A DNA stretch of 64,000 bases from Patescibacteria group bacterium (GTDB lineage Bacteria; Patescibacteriota; Minisyncoccia; Phycocordibacterales; SIBU01). Numbering within the stretch: position 1 is the stretch's first letter; every line of letters starts with the position of its first letter. Of this stretch, positions 1-8,665 are shown one piece after another. The DNA lies in NCBI GenBank assembly GCA_040390045.1, contig JAZJZC010000002.1:37113-101112 (forward strand). The letters run 5' to 3'. The notes below the pieces were generated by a model. The model was not told the origin of the DNA and did no database searches. It saw only the letters and a program-made list of their open reading frames with translations. Position numbers and translations under genes: made by a program.

Positions 1-1
1 T

Positions 2-499
2 TCAATCAAGGGAGGAGTTATTCCACAGGAATTTATTCCCGCCGTTGAAAAGGGAGTTAAGGAAGCGATGGAACGCGGAATTGTGGCCGGTTACAAAATG
101 GTGGATATTTCTTGTGAACTGACTTACGGTTCGTACCACGATGTCGACTCATCAGAAATTGCTTACAAAATTGCGGCTTCGCAAGCTTTTCAAGATGCGG
201 CCAAACGAGCCAAGCCAGTTATTTTGGAACCAATTATGAAAGTTGAAGTGGTGACTCCAGAAAAATTTGTGGGAGATGTCACGGGACACCTTTCTTCAAA
301 ACGCGCTGAAATTCAAGACGTCGGCGAACGAGGAATGAACAAGGTGATTGACGCTAAAGTACCACTCGCCGAAATGTTCGGATACATTACTACGCTTCGA
401 TCGATGACCGAAGGCCGCGCGGGATACACGATGGAATTTGATCACTATGAAGCAGTACCGGGGAACGTCGCGGCGGGAATTATTGAAGCAAGAAAGTAA
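2..499 (+). CDS. fusA: elongation factor G, C-terminal fragment (5' end outside window)
   Basis: Frame-2 translation [35 protein letters not shown]...[27 protein letters not shown] matches the EF-G C-terminal domains. Confidence 0.9.
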   Translation, partial: SIKGGVIPQEFIPAVEKGVKEAMERGIVAGYKMVDISCELTYGSYHDVDSSEIAYKIAASQAFQDAAKRAKPVILEPIMKVEVVTPEKFVGDVTGHLSSKRAEIQDVGERGMNKVIDAKVPLAEMFGYITTLRSMTEGRAGYTMEFDHYEAVPGNVAAGIIEARK

Positions 500-520
500 A
501 AAATAGACAATAGAAATAAA

Positions 521-557
521 CTGAAAGCCCGGCGCACGAAGCGCGCCGGGCTTTCAG
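521..557 (+). terminator. rho-independent terminator hairpin after fusA
   Basis: Perfect GC-rich inverted repeat ctgaaagcccggcgc..gcgccgggctttcag followed by a T-run. Confidence 0.7.
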
Positions 558-615
558 TTTATCCACTTTCGTGGTACTATGTGAGCTCTATCGCTTACCA
601 ATAATTTTTTCAATT

Positions 616-3249
616 ATGAAGAAGCTATTACTCACCCTTTCTCTCGTCGTCTCTTTAGCCTTCGCCTCAGTGGCTTTTGCCGAAACTTCAACTTCAGTTG
701 CGGCCAATCTTCAAGCGCAAATTAACACCATCCTGGCTCAAATTCAAAAACTTCAGCTCCAGCTCAATGCTCAAGCAGGAGTTTCAACTACTGTTCTTCC
801 GGTTGTTCCAACAACCTCAACTTCCGCTTCTGACGGATTTTGTTTTGCTTTTGTAAATAACTTAAGAATTGGAGATCAAAATCCCGATGTCACAAATCTC
901 TACCGTGCGCTCATCGCTGAAGGACTTTTTGACAAAGACGAAGCCTTTCAAGACGGCCGACAGGTTCTGTATTTCAGTGAACGATTAGCTTCCGCTGTTT
1001 CTGAATTTCAAGAAAAATATGCTTCTGAAGTTCTCGCTCCCGCTGGCCTAAAGCGCGGCACAGGCTACGTGGGTCCTTCGACGAGAGCGAAACTCAATGC
1101 TCTGTATCCATGTTCAAAAACTATTCCACCTGTAGAATGTCCGCTCGTCTACGGCTCTGACGGAGTAGTTCGTCACGAGTGTTCAACGAATTCTCAGTCT
1201 CCCGTCATCAATGGTGTCAGTGGCCCTCAGTCACTAACAGTAAATCAGCAAGGTACGTGGACTGTAAAAGCTTCCGATCCAAGTGGAGGAGCTCTTTCGT
1301 ACTCAGTTATTTGGGGGGACAGTACATCTGTGCCTATGGCAACAGGTGAGAATGGTTTTCCTTCGGCGAGTACATTTACGCAGACTGCAACATTTACTCA
1401 CACCTATACACAAGCAGGAAGCTTTTATCCGCAGTTCTTTGTAAGAAATAATGTTGGAACACAGGGTACGGGCTTGAGTGTGAATGTGGTTGGTGTCAAA
1501 ACCGCTTCTTCTATTACCGTTTCGCGTCCAAATGGCGGAGAAGCATGGACCAAAGGAACAACCCAAACAATCAGTTGGAACGACACTTCAAATAATCTTC
1601 CAGCTGGATGTAATCAAAACGGTCTTTACTGTATGCCTCCTGTTCCGAGATCCTATGATATAAAACTTATCCCATACTGTATTGGAACTTGTACGGCTAT
1701 ACCACACGCTCCTTATACAATTGCAAGTAATGTTTACTCAAATAGCTATTATTGGAATGTTGGGAGTATTACCTATGCGTATGCAACGCAACCAAATCCT
1801 ACTACTATTGTTCCTGACGGCGCGTACACTATTCAAGTTTGCCAAACGGGCATCTCAGTTTGTGATTCAAGTGATTCGTATTTCAAAATTATTTCTGGTG
1901 TCGCACAGCCTTCTATCACTGTTCTTAGTCCAAATGGGGGAGAGACATTTACGCAAGGAAGTCTGTTGACTGGTTCGTTTACAACATCAAATATAGCTTA
2001 CGGTACATTTTGTGAGGCAGCCATTGTTGGTAGGAAGTCAGATGGTAGCCCCGTTGATGCTACTATCGCAACTTTGAGCATGTCAGCTACAGATAAACAG
2101 GTTTATTCTGGAACAATTCCAGCTAACCTTGTGCCCCCAGGAAGTTACAGAATTAGAGTTGATTGTGGTGGTGGAGTTTTGATTGCCCAAGATCAAAGCG
2201 ACAATTCTTTTACAATAACTACACCCACTAATTCTACAACTCCTACAGCCTACCTTTCTGCTTCGAGCGGGAATAAAACAGTTTCTTCATCAGGTTCTAA
2301 CAGTACAACGGGAGTTCTGACCGTAAATGTTGGTGATGTTGTTTCATATACATGGAATACAAACGGTACTTCTGCCACATCAGGCTACACAGTTTCAGGC
2401 GGGGCTGATCCTTGTGGTTGGTATCCAGTTAGCTCTGGGCCAAATTATCCTTGGGTTGCTCACGACACAAATGGTTCTTATTCAATGCCAAATGCTATTC
2501 AAAGTTGCCAAGCCGGACATACCTACTACATCACTTACAAAGGCACCAACAGCGCTGGATCAAATTCCGCGACGGTTGCGGTGGTGGTTAATCCAGTAGT
2601 TTCATCACAACCTACTATTACTGTAACCAGCCCAAACGGTGGAGAGACATTGACGATGGGTAAAACCTATACCGCTTCTTGGACTTCATCAGGAGTTTCA
2701 AGTGTCATGGTTGATTTAGTACGACCCGGATACGAATGCCATCTCACTAATGGGGACGTGTCTAATACTGGAAGTCTAAATTTTTCATTGACGAGCTGTG
2801 TCAACGGTCTAGCAATATCTCCAGCCACTGATTATAAGATCGTGGTGATGTATCGAAGTAATGCAGCGATTGTCACTAAGGATGAGAGTAATTCATATTT
2901 TACTATCATGACAACTTCCACCCTTAACAATCAGTCGCCGATTATCGATAGCATAACGGGCCCAACAGCGGTTGGAGTTAACCAGGCCGGTACGTGGAAT
3001 GTGAAAGCTACTGATCCAGAAAGCGGCAATCATGTTGTTTTTGGAGTAAATTGGGGAGACGGTAGCATTTCAGCTAATACATTTTTTTCTTCAACTGATC
3101 CCAAATACGCCCTTGCTACTTTGAGTCATACCTACACTCAAGCCGGAGCATACACTATTACCTTTAGTGTTGATGATGGCGACGGAGGAATTACGACACA
3201 GCAAAGAACGCTCAACGCGTGGGTAGTCGGGACGTTCACAGTCAATTAA
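616..3249 (+). CDS. large secreted cell-surface protein with a PG-binding-like domain, two PKD-like domains and repeated PNGGE-W (Kre9/KNH-like) modules
   Basis: Signal peptide MKKLLLTLSLVVSLAFASVAFA. PG_binding_1-like segment (GDQNPDVTNLYRALIAEG...VGPSTRAKLNALY). WGDS/WGDG..HTYTQAG PKD motifs near aa 230 and aa 830. Four or more repeats of SPNGGE(T/A)(F/W/L)T.G. Start chosen at the ATG at 616 inside the ORF 571-3249. Confidence 0.7.
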   Translation: MKKLLLTLSLVVSLAFASVAFAETSTSVAANLQAQINTILAQIQKLQLQLNAQAGVSTTVLPVVPTTSTSASDGFCFAFVNNLRIGDQNPDVTNLYRALIAEGLFDKDEAFQDGRQVLYFSERLASAVSEFQEKYASEVLAPAGLKRGTGYVGPSTRAKLNALYPCSKTIPPVECPLVYGSDGVVRHECSTNSQSPVINGVSGPQSLTVNQQGTWTVKASDPSGGALSYSVIWGDSTSVPMATGENGFPSASTFTQTATFTHTYTQAGSFYPQFFVRNNVGTQGTGLSVNVVGVKTASSITVSRPNGGEAWTKGTTQTISWNDTSNNLPAGCNQNGLYCMPPVPRSYDIKLIPYCIGTCTAIPHAPYTIASNVYSNSYYWNVGSITYAYATQPNPTTIVPDGAYTIQVCQTGISVCDSSDSYFKIISGVAQPSITVLSPNGGETFTQGSLLTGSFTTSNIAYGTFCEAAIVGRKSDGSPVDATIATLSMSATDKQVYSGTIPANLVPPGSYRIRVDCGGGVLIAQDQSDNSFTITTPTNSTTPTAYLSASSGNKTVSSSGSNSTTGVLTVNVGDVVSYTWNTNGTSATSGYTVSGGADPCGWYPVSSGPNYPWVAHDTNGSYSMPNAIQSCQAGHTYYITYKGTNSAGSNSATVAVVVNPVVSSQPTITVTSPNGGETLTMGKTYTASWTSSGVSSVMVDLVRPGYECHLTNGDVSNTGSLNFSLTSCVNGLAISPATDYKIVVMYRSNAAIVTKDESNSYFTIMTTSTLNNQSPIIDSITGPTAVGVNQAGTWNVKATDPESGNHVVFGVNWGDGSISANTFFSSTDPKYALATLSHTYTQAGAYTITFSVDDGDGGITTQQRTLNAWVVGTFTVN

Positions 3250-3270
3250 TTTTATCAAAGTGTTTCCTGA

Positions 3271-3306
3271 AAACTCCCCGTCGGCCGCGGCCGACGGGGA
3301 GTTTTC
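3271..3306 (+). terminator. terminator hairpin after the surface-protein gene
   Basis: aaactccccgtcggccgcggccgacggggagtttt inverted repeat. Confidence 0.7.
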
Positions 3307-3428
3307 TTAAAGCTAACAGCCATCAGCTCTAAGCTGTCAGCTTCTCTAGCTTTGCGTTTGCGTTTTTTTTCTCTTATGCTAGTATATGAATCTCGCGTCA
3401 CGCGCTTCTTTTCAGAACTTGCGATTTT

Positions 3429-3520
3429 GGCGAACTTCTTTGTTGCTTCGCTCGTTTGCTCCCGCAATGTATATGAATACATTTTGGTCGCAAGCCGAGC
3501 TCGCGCTTCGAATTTCATCC
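3429..3520 (-). repeat. copy A of a ~90-nt conserved element (inverted relative to copies B and C), 123 nt upstream of tuf
   Basis: Reverse complement aligns with 29978-30070 and 44209-44290: ggatg.a.ttcga.gcgc...aaaatgtattcatatacattgc.ggagcaaa.cg.gaagcaac.a.gaag. Contains the palindrome atgtat-tcat-atacat. Confidence 0.6.
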
Positions 3521-3642
3521 AAACTCACAATTTCTGACGAGCGATTACCATTATTATAATTTATTAGTTTAATTTTATTGATAGTTATTTAAATTAAGCA
3601 AACTTCTCGTGCGCTTACTTTAGATAAGTATCACACACACAT

Positions 3643-4833
3643 ATGGCAGAATTTAATCGAAGCAAGCCGCACGTAAACGTTGGTACTATTGGCCACGTTG
3701 ACCACGGCAAGACCACTTTGACAGCCGCGATTTTGAACTCCCTTCATCTCGCCGGAAACATCGTCAAGTTGAAAAAAGTTGACGAAATTGACTCAGCTCC
3801 TGAAGAAAAGGCTCGCGGAATTACTATTGCCCTTTCTCACAACGAATACGAGACAGCAAATAGACACTACGCGCACATCGACGCTCCAGGTCACGCTGAC
3901 TACATCAAGAACATGATCACCGGTGCCGCTCAAATGGACGGTGCTATTCTCGTGGTTGCTGCAACTGATGGAGTTATGCCTCAGACTCGCGAACACGTGT
4001 TGCTCGCAAAGCAAGTCGGAGTGCCAAAAATTATCATTTTCCTCAATAAGGTAGACATGGTAGAAGACAAGGATCTTGTTGATTTGGTTGAAGAAGAAGT
4101 TCGAGAACTTTTGACCAAGCAAGGTTTTGATGGAAAAGGAGCTCCTGTTATTCGCGGATCAGCCTTGAAGGCTCTTGAGGCCACTGATGTTAACAACGAA
4201 TGGGTCAAGAAAATTCTTGAATTGACCGCAGCTCTTGATACCTACATTCCAGTTCCAGTTCGCGATACCGACAAGCCATTCCTTATGCCAATCGAAGACA
4301 TTTTCTCAATCGAAGGCCGAGGAACTGTAGTTACCGGAAGAATCGAACGAGGAATTATCAAAGTCGGTGAAGAAGTTGAAATTGTTGGTATCAAACCAAC
4401 AGCTAAGACGACTGTTACCGGTATTGAAATGTTCAACAAATCTCTCTCAGAAGGTATGGCCGGAGATAACGCCGGAATTCTTCTTCGAGGAACCAAGAAA
4501 GAAGATGTGCACCGAGGGCAGGTTTTGGCCAAGTCTGGTTCAGTAACCCCTCACACCGATTTCGAAGCTGAAATTTACGTTTTGAAGAAAGAAGAAGGTG
4601 GACGACACACACCATTTTTCTCTGGATACAAGCCACAATTTTACATTCGAACTACTGACGTTACTGGAGATGTGACTCTTCCTGATAAAGTAGAAATGGT
4701 TATGCCAGGAGATACCATTACCTTCAAAGTTAAATTGGTAGCCCCAGTTGCCCTAGAAGAGAAGACACGTTTTGCCATCCGAGAAGGAGGTAAGACTGTC
4801 GGAGCCGGAGTGGTCACGAAGATTGTCGCGTAA
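3643..4833 (+). CDS. tuf: elongation factor Tu
   Basis: [26 protein letters not shown] motifs. 396 aa. Confidence 0.97.
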   Translation: MAEFNRSKPHVNVGTIGHVDHGKTTLTAAILNSLHLAGNIVKLKKVDEIDSAPEEKARGITIALSHNEYETANRHYAHIDAPGHADYIKNMITGAAQMDGAILVVAATDGVMPQTREHVLLAKQVGVPKIIIFLNKVDMVEDKDLVDLVEEEVRELLTKQGFDGKGAPVIRGSALKALEATDVNNEWVKKILELTAALDTYIPVPVRDTDKPFLMPIEDIFSIEGRGTVVTGRIERGIIKVGEEVEIVGIKPTAKTTVTGIEMFNKSLSEGMAGDNAGILLRGTKKEDVHRGQVLAKSGSVTPHTDFEAEIYVLKKEEGGRHTPFFSGYKPQFYIRTTDVTGDVTLPDKVEMVMPGDTITFKVKLVAPVALEEKTRFAIREGGKTVGAGVVTKIVA

Positions 4834-4908
4834 AAGAGAAGGGTATAGGGTTGAGGGTCTAGACCGAATTCGGAAAACTAAACCCTAAAACCTAAACCCT
4901 AAAACCTA
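4834..4908 (+). repeat. intergenic hairpin element with agggtatagggttgaggg / aaaccctaaaacctaaaccct arms and a conserved aattcggaaaact loop
   Basis: Near-identical elements recur at 8588-8660 and 11664-11740. The arms are imperfectly complementary (CCCTAAA-like repeats). Confidence 0.6.
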
Positions 4909-4913
4909 TTCAA

Positions 4914-5318
4914 ATGCCAACCAAACCTACAACAGAAAAAACCGTAACTAAGCCAAAGGCCGTTTCGAAATCCCGCGCCAAGGCTTCTTCCACCACTCCA
5001 AAAAAGGATGTTGTGCAGAAACTTCGCATTCGAGTTCGAGCCTATGAACATAAAATTCTTGACGCTTCAGTCAAGCAGATTATTGACACCGCGCTCCGAT
5101 TCGATGCTTCAATCTTGGGTCCGATTCCGCTTCCAACCGAAATTAAAAAATACACGGTCAATCGCTCCGCTTTCGTCTACAAAAACGCACGAGAACAATT
5201 TGAGATGCGAGTGCACAAGCGCTTGATCGATATCGTCAACCCAAACGCAAAAATTATTGAATCTCTCACCAATCTTTCTCTGCCAAGTGGCGTAAATATT
5301 GATGTGAAGATGATCTAA
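4914..5318 (+). CDS. rpsJ: 30S ribosomal protein S10 with a Lys-rich N-terminal extension
   Basis: [26 protein letters not shown]...GPIPLPT...HKRLIDIV matches S10. Confidence 0.9.
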   Translation: MPTKPTTEKTVTKPKAVSKSRAKASSTTPKKDVVQKLRIRVRAYEHKILDASVKQIIDTALRFDASILGPIPLPTEIKKYTVNRSAFVYKNAREQFEMRVHKRLIDIVNPNAKIIESLTNLSLPSGVNIDVKMI

Positions 5319-5353
5319 CAAAAATGGCTCCCGAACGGGAGCCATTTTTGTTA
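5319..5353. terminator. bidirectional terminator hairpin between rpsJ (+) and the yafQ-like gene (-)
   Basis: acaaaaatggctcccgaacgggagccatttttgt. Confidence 0.7.
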
Positions 5354-5357
5354 GACG

Positions 5358-5651
5358 CTAATTCCTGCCTACCCATTCAAACAAATCGGAATGACTGCCG
5401 ATGTCGACAATACTTAGAAGCCTTTTCTCTTCGTGAATTTTGTAAATAAGTAACAAGTCATTCTTGATATGGCACTCAAAACAATCCGCATACTCCCCGT
5501 GAAGGGTATGGTTTTGATGTCTTGCTTCCAATGATTTTCCCGTGGCTAAAGTTCGAATTACGTCAGATACAGAGCGTTCATCAAACTGACCAGATTTACT
5601 TAATCTTTTTAGCGATTTTCGACTTTTTCGCGAGAAAGAAATTTCAAACAT
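5358..5651 (-). CDS. yafQ: type II toxin, YafQ/RelE-family mRNA interferase
   Basis: HTLHGEYADCFECHIKNDLLLIYKIHEEKRLLSIVDIGSHSDLF aligns with E. coli YafQ HPLQGSWKGYRDAHVEPDWILIYKLTDKLLRFERTGTHAALF. Confidence 0.78.
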   Translation of the reverse strand: MFEISFSRKSRKSLKRLSKSGQFDERSVSDVIRTLATGKSLEARHQNHTLHGEYADCFECHIKNDLLLIYKIHEEKRLLSIVDIGSHSDLFEWVGRN

Positions 5652-5654
5652 GAA

Positions 5655-5927
5655 TTATTTTTCTTTTAGAATATCGGAGAATGCCTCCTCAACAGTTTTA
5701 TAGCGCTTGCCATTTTTGAGCATGTCATCTATCTCTTTTCTGTAAATATGCCCATACCGCAACTTGTGTTCCACGGGGGTCACCGCTGAAAAGGGAATAG
5801 ATTGGGTTGTGATCACTTGTTCCAAAAATAGTTTTACTCCAGAAGAAATATCAAGCCCCAGATTCTCAAGTGTCTTCTTGGCTTTCCTTTTGGTTTTCTC
5901 ATCGATGCGAATTTGTAGTGTAGTCAT
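5655..5927 (-). CDS. dinJ: type II antitoxin, DinJ/RelB family
   Basis: IRIDEKTKRKAKKTLENLGLDISSGVKLFLEQVI...IPF resembles DinJ ARIDEDLKNQAADVLAGMGLTISDLVRITLTKV. Ends 4 nt before the toxin gene starts. Confidence 0.72.
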   Translation of the reverse strand: MTTLQIRIDEKTKRKAKKTLENLGLDISSGVKLFLEQVITTQSIPFSAVTPVEHKLRYGHIYRKEIDDMLKNGKRYKTVEEAFSDILKEK

Positions 5928-6059
5928 AAGTCTAGTATATACAATGTCATTACATTGTCAACACAAGATAGATGGTCTTTTGACTTTATCGTAATTGCGC
6001 ATATAGTTTCTTACAGAAAAAGATTCCGTCAGTTCACTGAAACCAAACCTGTTCTTATT

Positions 6060-6626
6060 ATGAATCGACAAAGATTGCCGTCATACAAGCTTGTCTCAGC
6101 CCAAGCGCCACGACCACTTGCCCAGGCCTTGAACGAGGCGGGAATTCAGATCATCGACCGACGAAAGGTTGCCGCTCACAAACGCGAATATCGCAAGAAG
6201 GTCTGCGTTGAATTTTGCCGATACACCCGCTCACAGGCAGTCGAAGATTTTCTCGGACCCTTCCTGTGTTTCGCCGCCGTCCTTTGGTGTTTTTGGTTTA
6301 GAGCTGACTCGTGGATTTTGCGGCCAAGTCCATTCTGGGCAGTTCCGATTGGTCTCATTCTTTCGGCGGGCTTCGCACTAATTCAAGCTCCCAGCCAACG
6401 CCGGAGCTTTGAAAAAGGCCGTCGGCGAGATGCCCGTTTTATAGAGTGGCAAGAAACTCCTCTCGAGGAATTTTACCGAGCTCCCCAGGAGGCACGCCGA
6501 ATCTACGAGAGGGTGAGCAAGCTGTTACCCGGTGTCACCGCAACGGTTCACTGGCTCTACACAGACCCTTTTCTTGAAGTTGCGAGTGGTGATGAATCAT
6601 ACTTCATTCTTCACTGGGACGAATAA
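6060..6626 (+). CDS. hypothetical membrane protein, GC-rich relative to neighbours
   Basis: ORF 5955-6626. Two hydrophobic segments (FLCFAAVLWCFWF, WAVPIGLILSAGFALI). Local GC is clearly above the window average. Start uncertain (5955 or 6060). Confidence 0.4.
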   Translation: MNRQRLPSYKLVSAQAPRPLAQALNEAGIQIIDRRKVAAHKREYRKKVCVEFCRYTRSQAVEDFLGPFLCFAAVLWCFWFRADSWILRPSPFWAVPIGLILSAGFALIQAPSQRRSFEKGRRRDARFIEWQETPLEEFYRAPQEARRIYERVSKLLPGVTATVHWLYTDPFLEVASGDESYFILHWDE

Positions 6627-6816
6627 GCTGATTCTCCCACGCGTTGATTTTCAGAGTCTATCCACCCGGGTAGACTTTTTCTTTGACTTTTTTCACGGGG
6701 TTTGCTACTCTTCTTCAACTGTTATCCCAGTAGCAGAAATCAGAATTTCGCTACGGGACATGCCTACGGATGTTATTCAGGCACAGGAACCAACAGCCTT
6801 GAGCTGTGTTCATAAA

Positions 6817-7434
6817 ATGAAATTTATACTCGGAGCAAAATTACATATGGCCCAGGTTTGGGACGAGAATGGTCAGGTACATCCTGTTACCGTTGTTGCC
6901 GTTGGTTCAAACGTGGTGACCGCAGTTAAGACCAAGGAGAAGGATGGCTATGTCGCGTTGCAGGTTGGTATTGGCGAGAAAAATCCAAAAAATATCAACA
7001 AGGCAGAAAAAGGTCATCTTAAGGAACTTGGAAATTTTTCAACCCTCAAAGAATTTCGACTTGATACGGTAGGAGAAGCAAAGGTTGGAGATAAAATTGA
7101 AGCTACGATTTTTAAAGCCGGAGACGCCGTAGTCATTTCAGCAATTTCAAAAGGAAAAGGTTTCCAAGGAGGTGTTAAGCGACACGGTTTCCACGGAGGC
7201 CGCCGAACTCACGGTCAAAAACACTCTGAACGAGAACCAGGAGGCATCGGAGGTGGAGGACGAGCCGGAGGCCGCGTGGCGAAAGGAATTCGTATGGCCG
7301 GGCGCATGGGTAGCGATCGAGTTACCATCAAGGGTTTGAAGATTGTTCAGGTTGATCCAGCCAATAGTTTTATTTTAGTTGGCGGACCAATTCCGGGACA
7401 TCGAGGGACGATCGTAGAGATACGAGAAAGTTAA
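6817..7434 (+). CDS. rplC: 50S ribosomal protein L3
   Basis: MKFILGAKLHMAQVWDENGQVHPVTVV...GKGFQGGVKRHGF. Internal start at 6817 of ORF 6532-7434. Confidence 0.9.
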   Translation: MKFILGAKLHMAQVWDENGQVHPVTVVAVGSNVVTAVKTKEKDGYVALQVGIGEKNPKNINKAEKGHLKELGNFSTLKEFRLDTVGEAKVGDKIEATIFKAGDAVVISAISKGKGFQGGVKRHGFHGGRRTHGQKHSEREPGGIGGGGRAGGRVAKGIRMAGRMGSDRVTIKGLKIVQVDPANSFILVGGPIPGHRGTIVEIRES

Positions 7435-7518
7435 AAGTTATCAAGTTCGTCAAGTTTATCAAGTCAGAGAAAACTTTATGAACTTTACAAACTTTAAGAA
7501 CTTGATGAACTAAATCAC

Positions 7519-8178
7519 ATGGAAACAACAATTTACAATCAAAACGGAAAAGAAAATGGCTCAATGAAATTGCCTGAGAGCATTTTCGGTTTGCCTTGGA
7601 ATGCTGACCTCGTGCACCAAGTGTATGTTTCAATGCAAGCCAATCTCCGCAATCCAGTTGCACACGTCAAAGATCGTGGGGAAGTACGCGGAGGAGGAAA
7701 GAAACCTTGGAGACAAAAAGGTACTGGACGCGCCCGACACGGATCAAGCCGATCACCAATCTGGGTTGGTGGAGGTGTTACTCATGGACCAACGAAGGAT
7801 AAGATTTTTGCCCGAAAGATAAATAAAGTCATGAAGGCCAAGGCGCTCAAAGTTTTGCTTTCCAAGAAATTTAAGGAAAATGAAGTATTATTTGTTGATA
7901 GTCTTTCTTTGAAAGCTTCAAAAACCAAGGAGGCGAAAGCAGTTTTGGCAAACCTCGCAGGCATCAAGGGTTTTGAATACTTGACCAAGAAAACCAAAAA
8001 CGCCCTTTTCTTGGCGCTTCCTAAAAAAGATATTGCACTTGAAAGAGGTTTTTCAAATTTTAACAACATGTCCTTTGGTGAAATTCGAAACTTGAATGTT
8101 TTGGATTTGATGAATGCTAAACATTTGGTGATTGTCGATCCAAAAGAATCTTTGACCTTTCTAACATCTAAGAACTAA
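7519..8178 (+). CDS. rplD: 50S ribosomal protein L4
   Basis: GGGKKPWRQKGTGRARHGSSRSPIWVGGGVTHGP. Confidence 0.9.
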   Translation: METTIYNQNGKENGSMKLPESIFGLPWNADLVHQVYVSMQANLRNPVAHVKDRGEVRGGGKKPWRQKGTGRARHGSSRSPIWVGGGVTHGPTKDKIFARKINKVMKAKALKVLLSKKFKENEVLFVDSLSLKASKTKEAKAVLANLAGIKGFEYLTKKTKNALFLALPKKDIALERGFSNFNNMSFGEIRNLNVLDLMNAKHLVIVDPKESLTFLTSKN

Positions 8179-8189
8179 TTACTATTCCA

Positions 8190-8588
8190 ATGGCCACCCT
8201 TAATTCAAAAAAGAATATCGTCACTGCAAAGCCTAAAGCTGCTAAAAAATCGGTTGCCAAAACTTCAACAAAAAGTTTGGCCGTGGTTTCTGCTGCGCCT
8301 ACGATGATCTCAACGGGCGTGATTGTGAAGCCTCGAGTTACCGAGAAGGCTAGTCAACTTTCTGGAAACGGCGATCGAATGGTTTACGTTTTTGAAGTAA
8401 CTGCTTCAGCTAACAAGCAAAATATTAAAGCGGCAATTCAGGCATTGTACAAAGTAGTTCCAGAAAAAGTGGCTGTTCTCCGAGTTCCTTCCAAAAAATC
8501 TTTTGTACGAGGAAGAGTTTCGAAAGGTAAGACGGGCCGCAAAGCCTATGTCTATTTGAAAAAAGGCGAAAAGATCGAAATTATATAA
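8190..8588 (+). CDS. rplW: 50S ribosomal protein L23 with an N-terminal extension
   Basis: MVYVFEVTASANKQNIKAAIQALYKVVPEKVAVLRV. Confidence 0.85.
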   Translation: MATLNSKKNIVTAKPKAAKKSVAKTSTKSLAVVSAAPTMISTGVIVKPRVTEKASQLSGNGDRMVYVFEVTASANKQNIKAAIQALYKVVPEKVAVLRVPSKKSFVRGRVSKGKTGRKAYVYLKKGEKIEII

Positions 8589-8660
8589 GAAGGGTATAGG
8601 GGTAAGGGTTTAGTCTAAATTCGGAAAACTAAAACCTAAACCCTCCACCCTAAACCCTAG
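8588..8660 (+). repeat. second copy of the CCCTAAA-arm hairpin element
   Basis: aagaagggtataggggtaagggt...aaattcggaaaact...aaaacctaaaccctccaccctaaaccct. Confidence 0.6.
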
Positions 8661-8665
8661 ATTTT

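Noticed and set aside
3255-3537. ORFs 3255-3518 (-) and 3352-3537 (+) as small proteins upstream of tuf
   Set aside because: They overlap copy A of the conserved 90-nt element. The equivalent ORFs over copies B and C are in different frames, so the conservation is at nucleotide level.
1303-4636. Multiple antisense and overlapping ORFs inside the surface-protein gene and tuf (for example 1303-1566, 1682-1969, 2327-2599, 3793-4122, 3981-4208, 4242-4532)
   Set aside because: They lie inside well-supported genes with no motifs. This is typical six-frame noise.
4861-4908. (CCCTAAA)n-like tracts as telomeric repeats of a linear replicon
   Set aside because: They are short (about 30 nt), occur as the 3' arms of hairpins within a ribosomal operon at three internal sites, and pair with G-rich 5' arms. 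This is a REP-like element, not chromosome ends.
6532-6816. N-terminal 95-aa extension of rplC (ORF starts at 6532)
   Set aside because: L3 homology begins at MKFILGAK (6817). The upstream part overlaps the end of the preceding gene and has no ribosomal-protein similarity.
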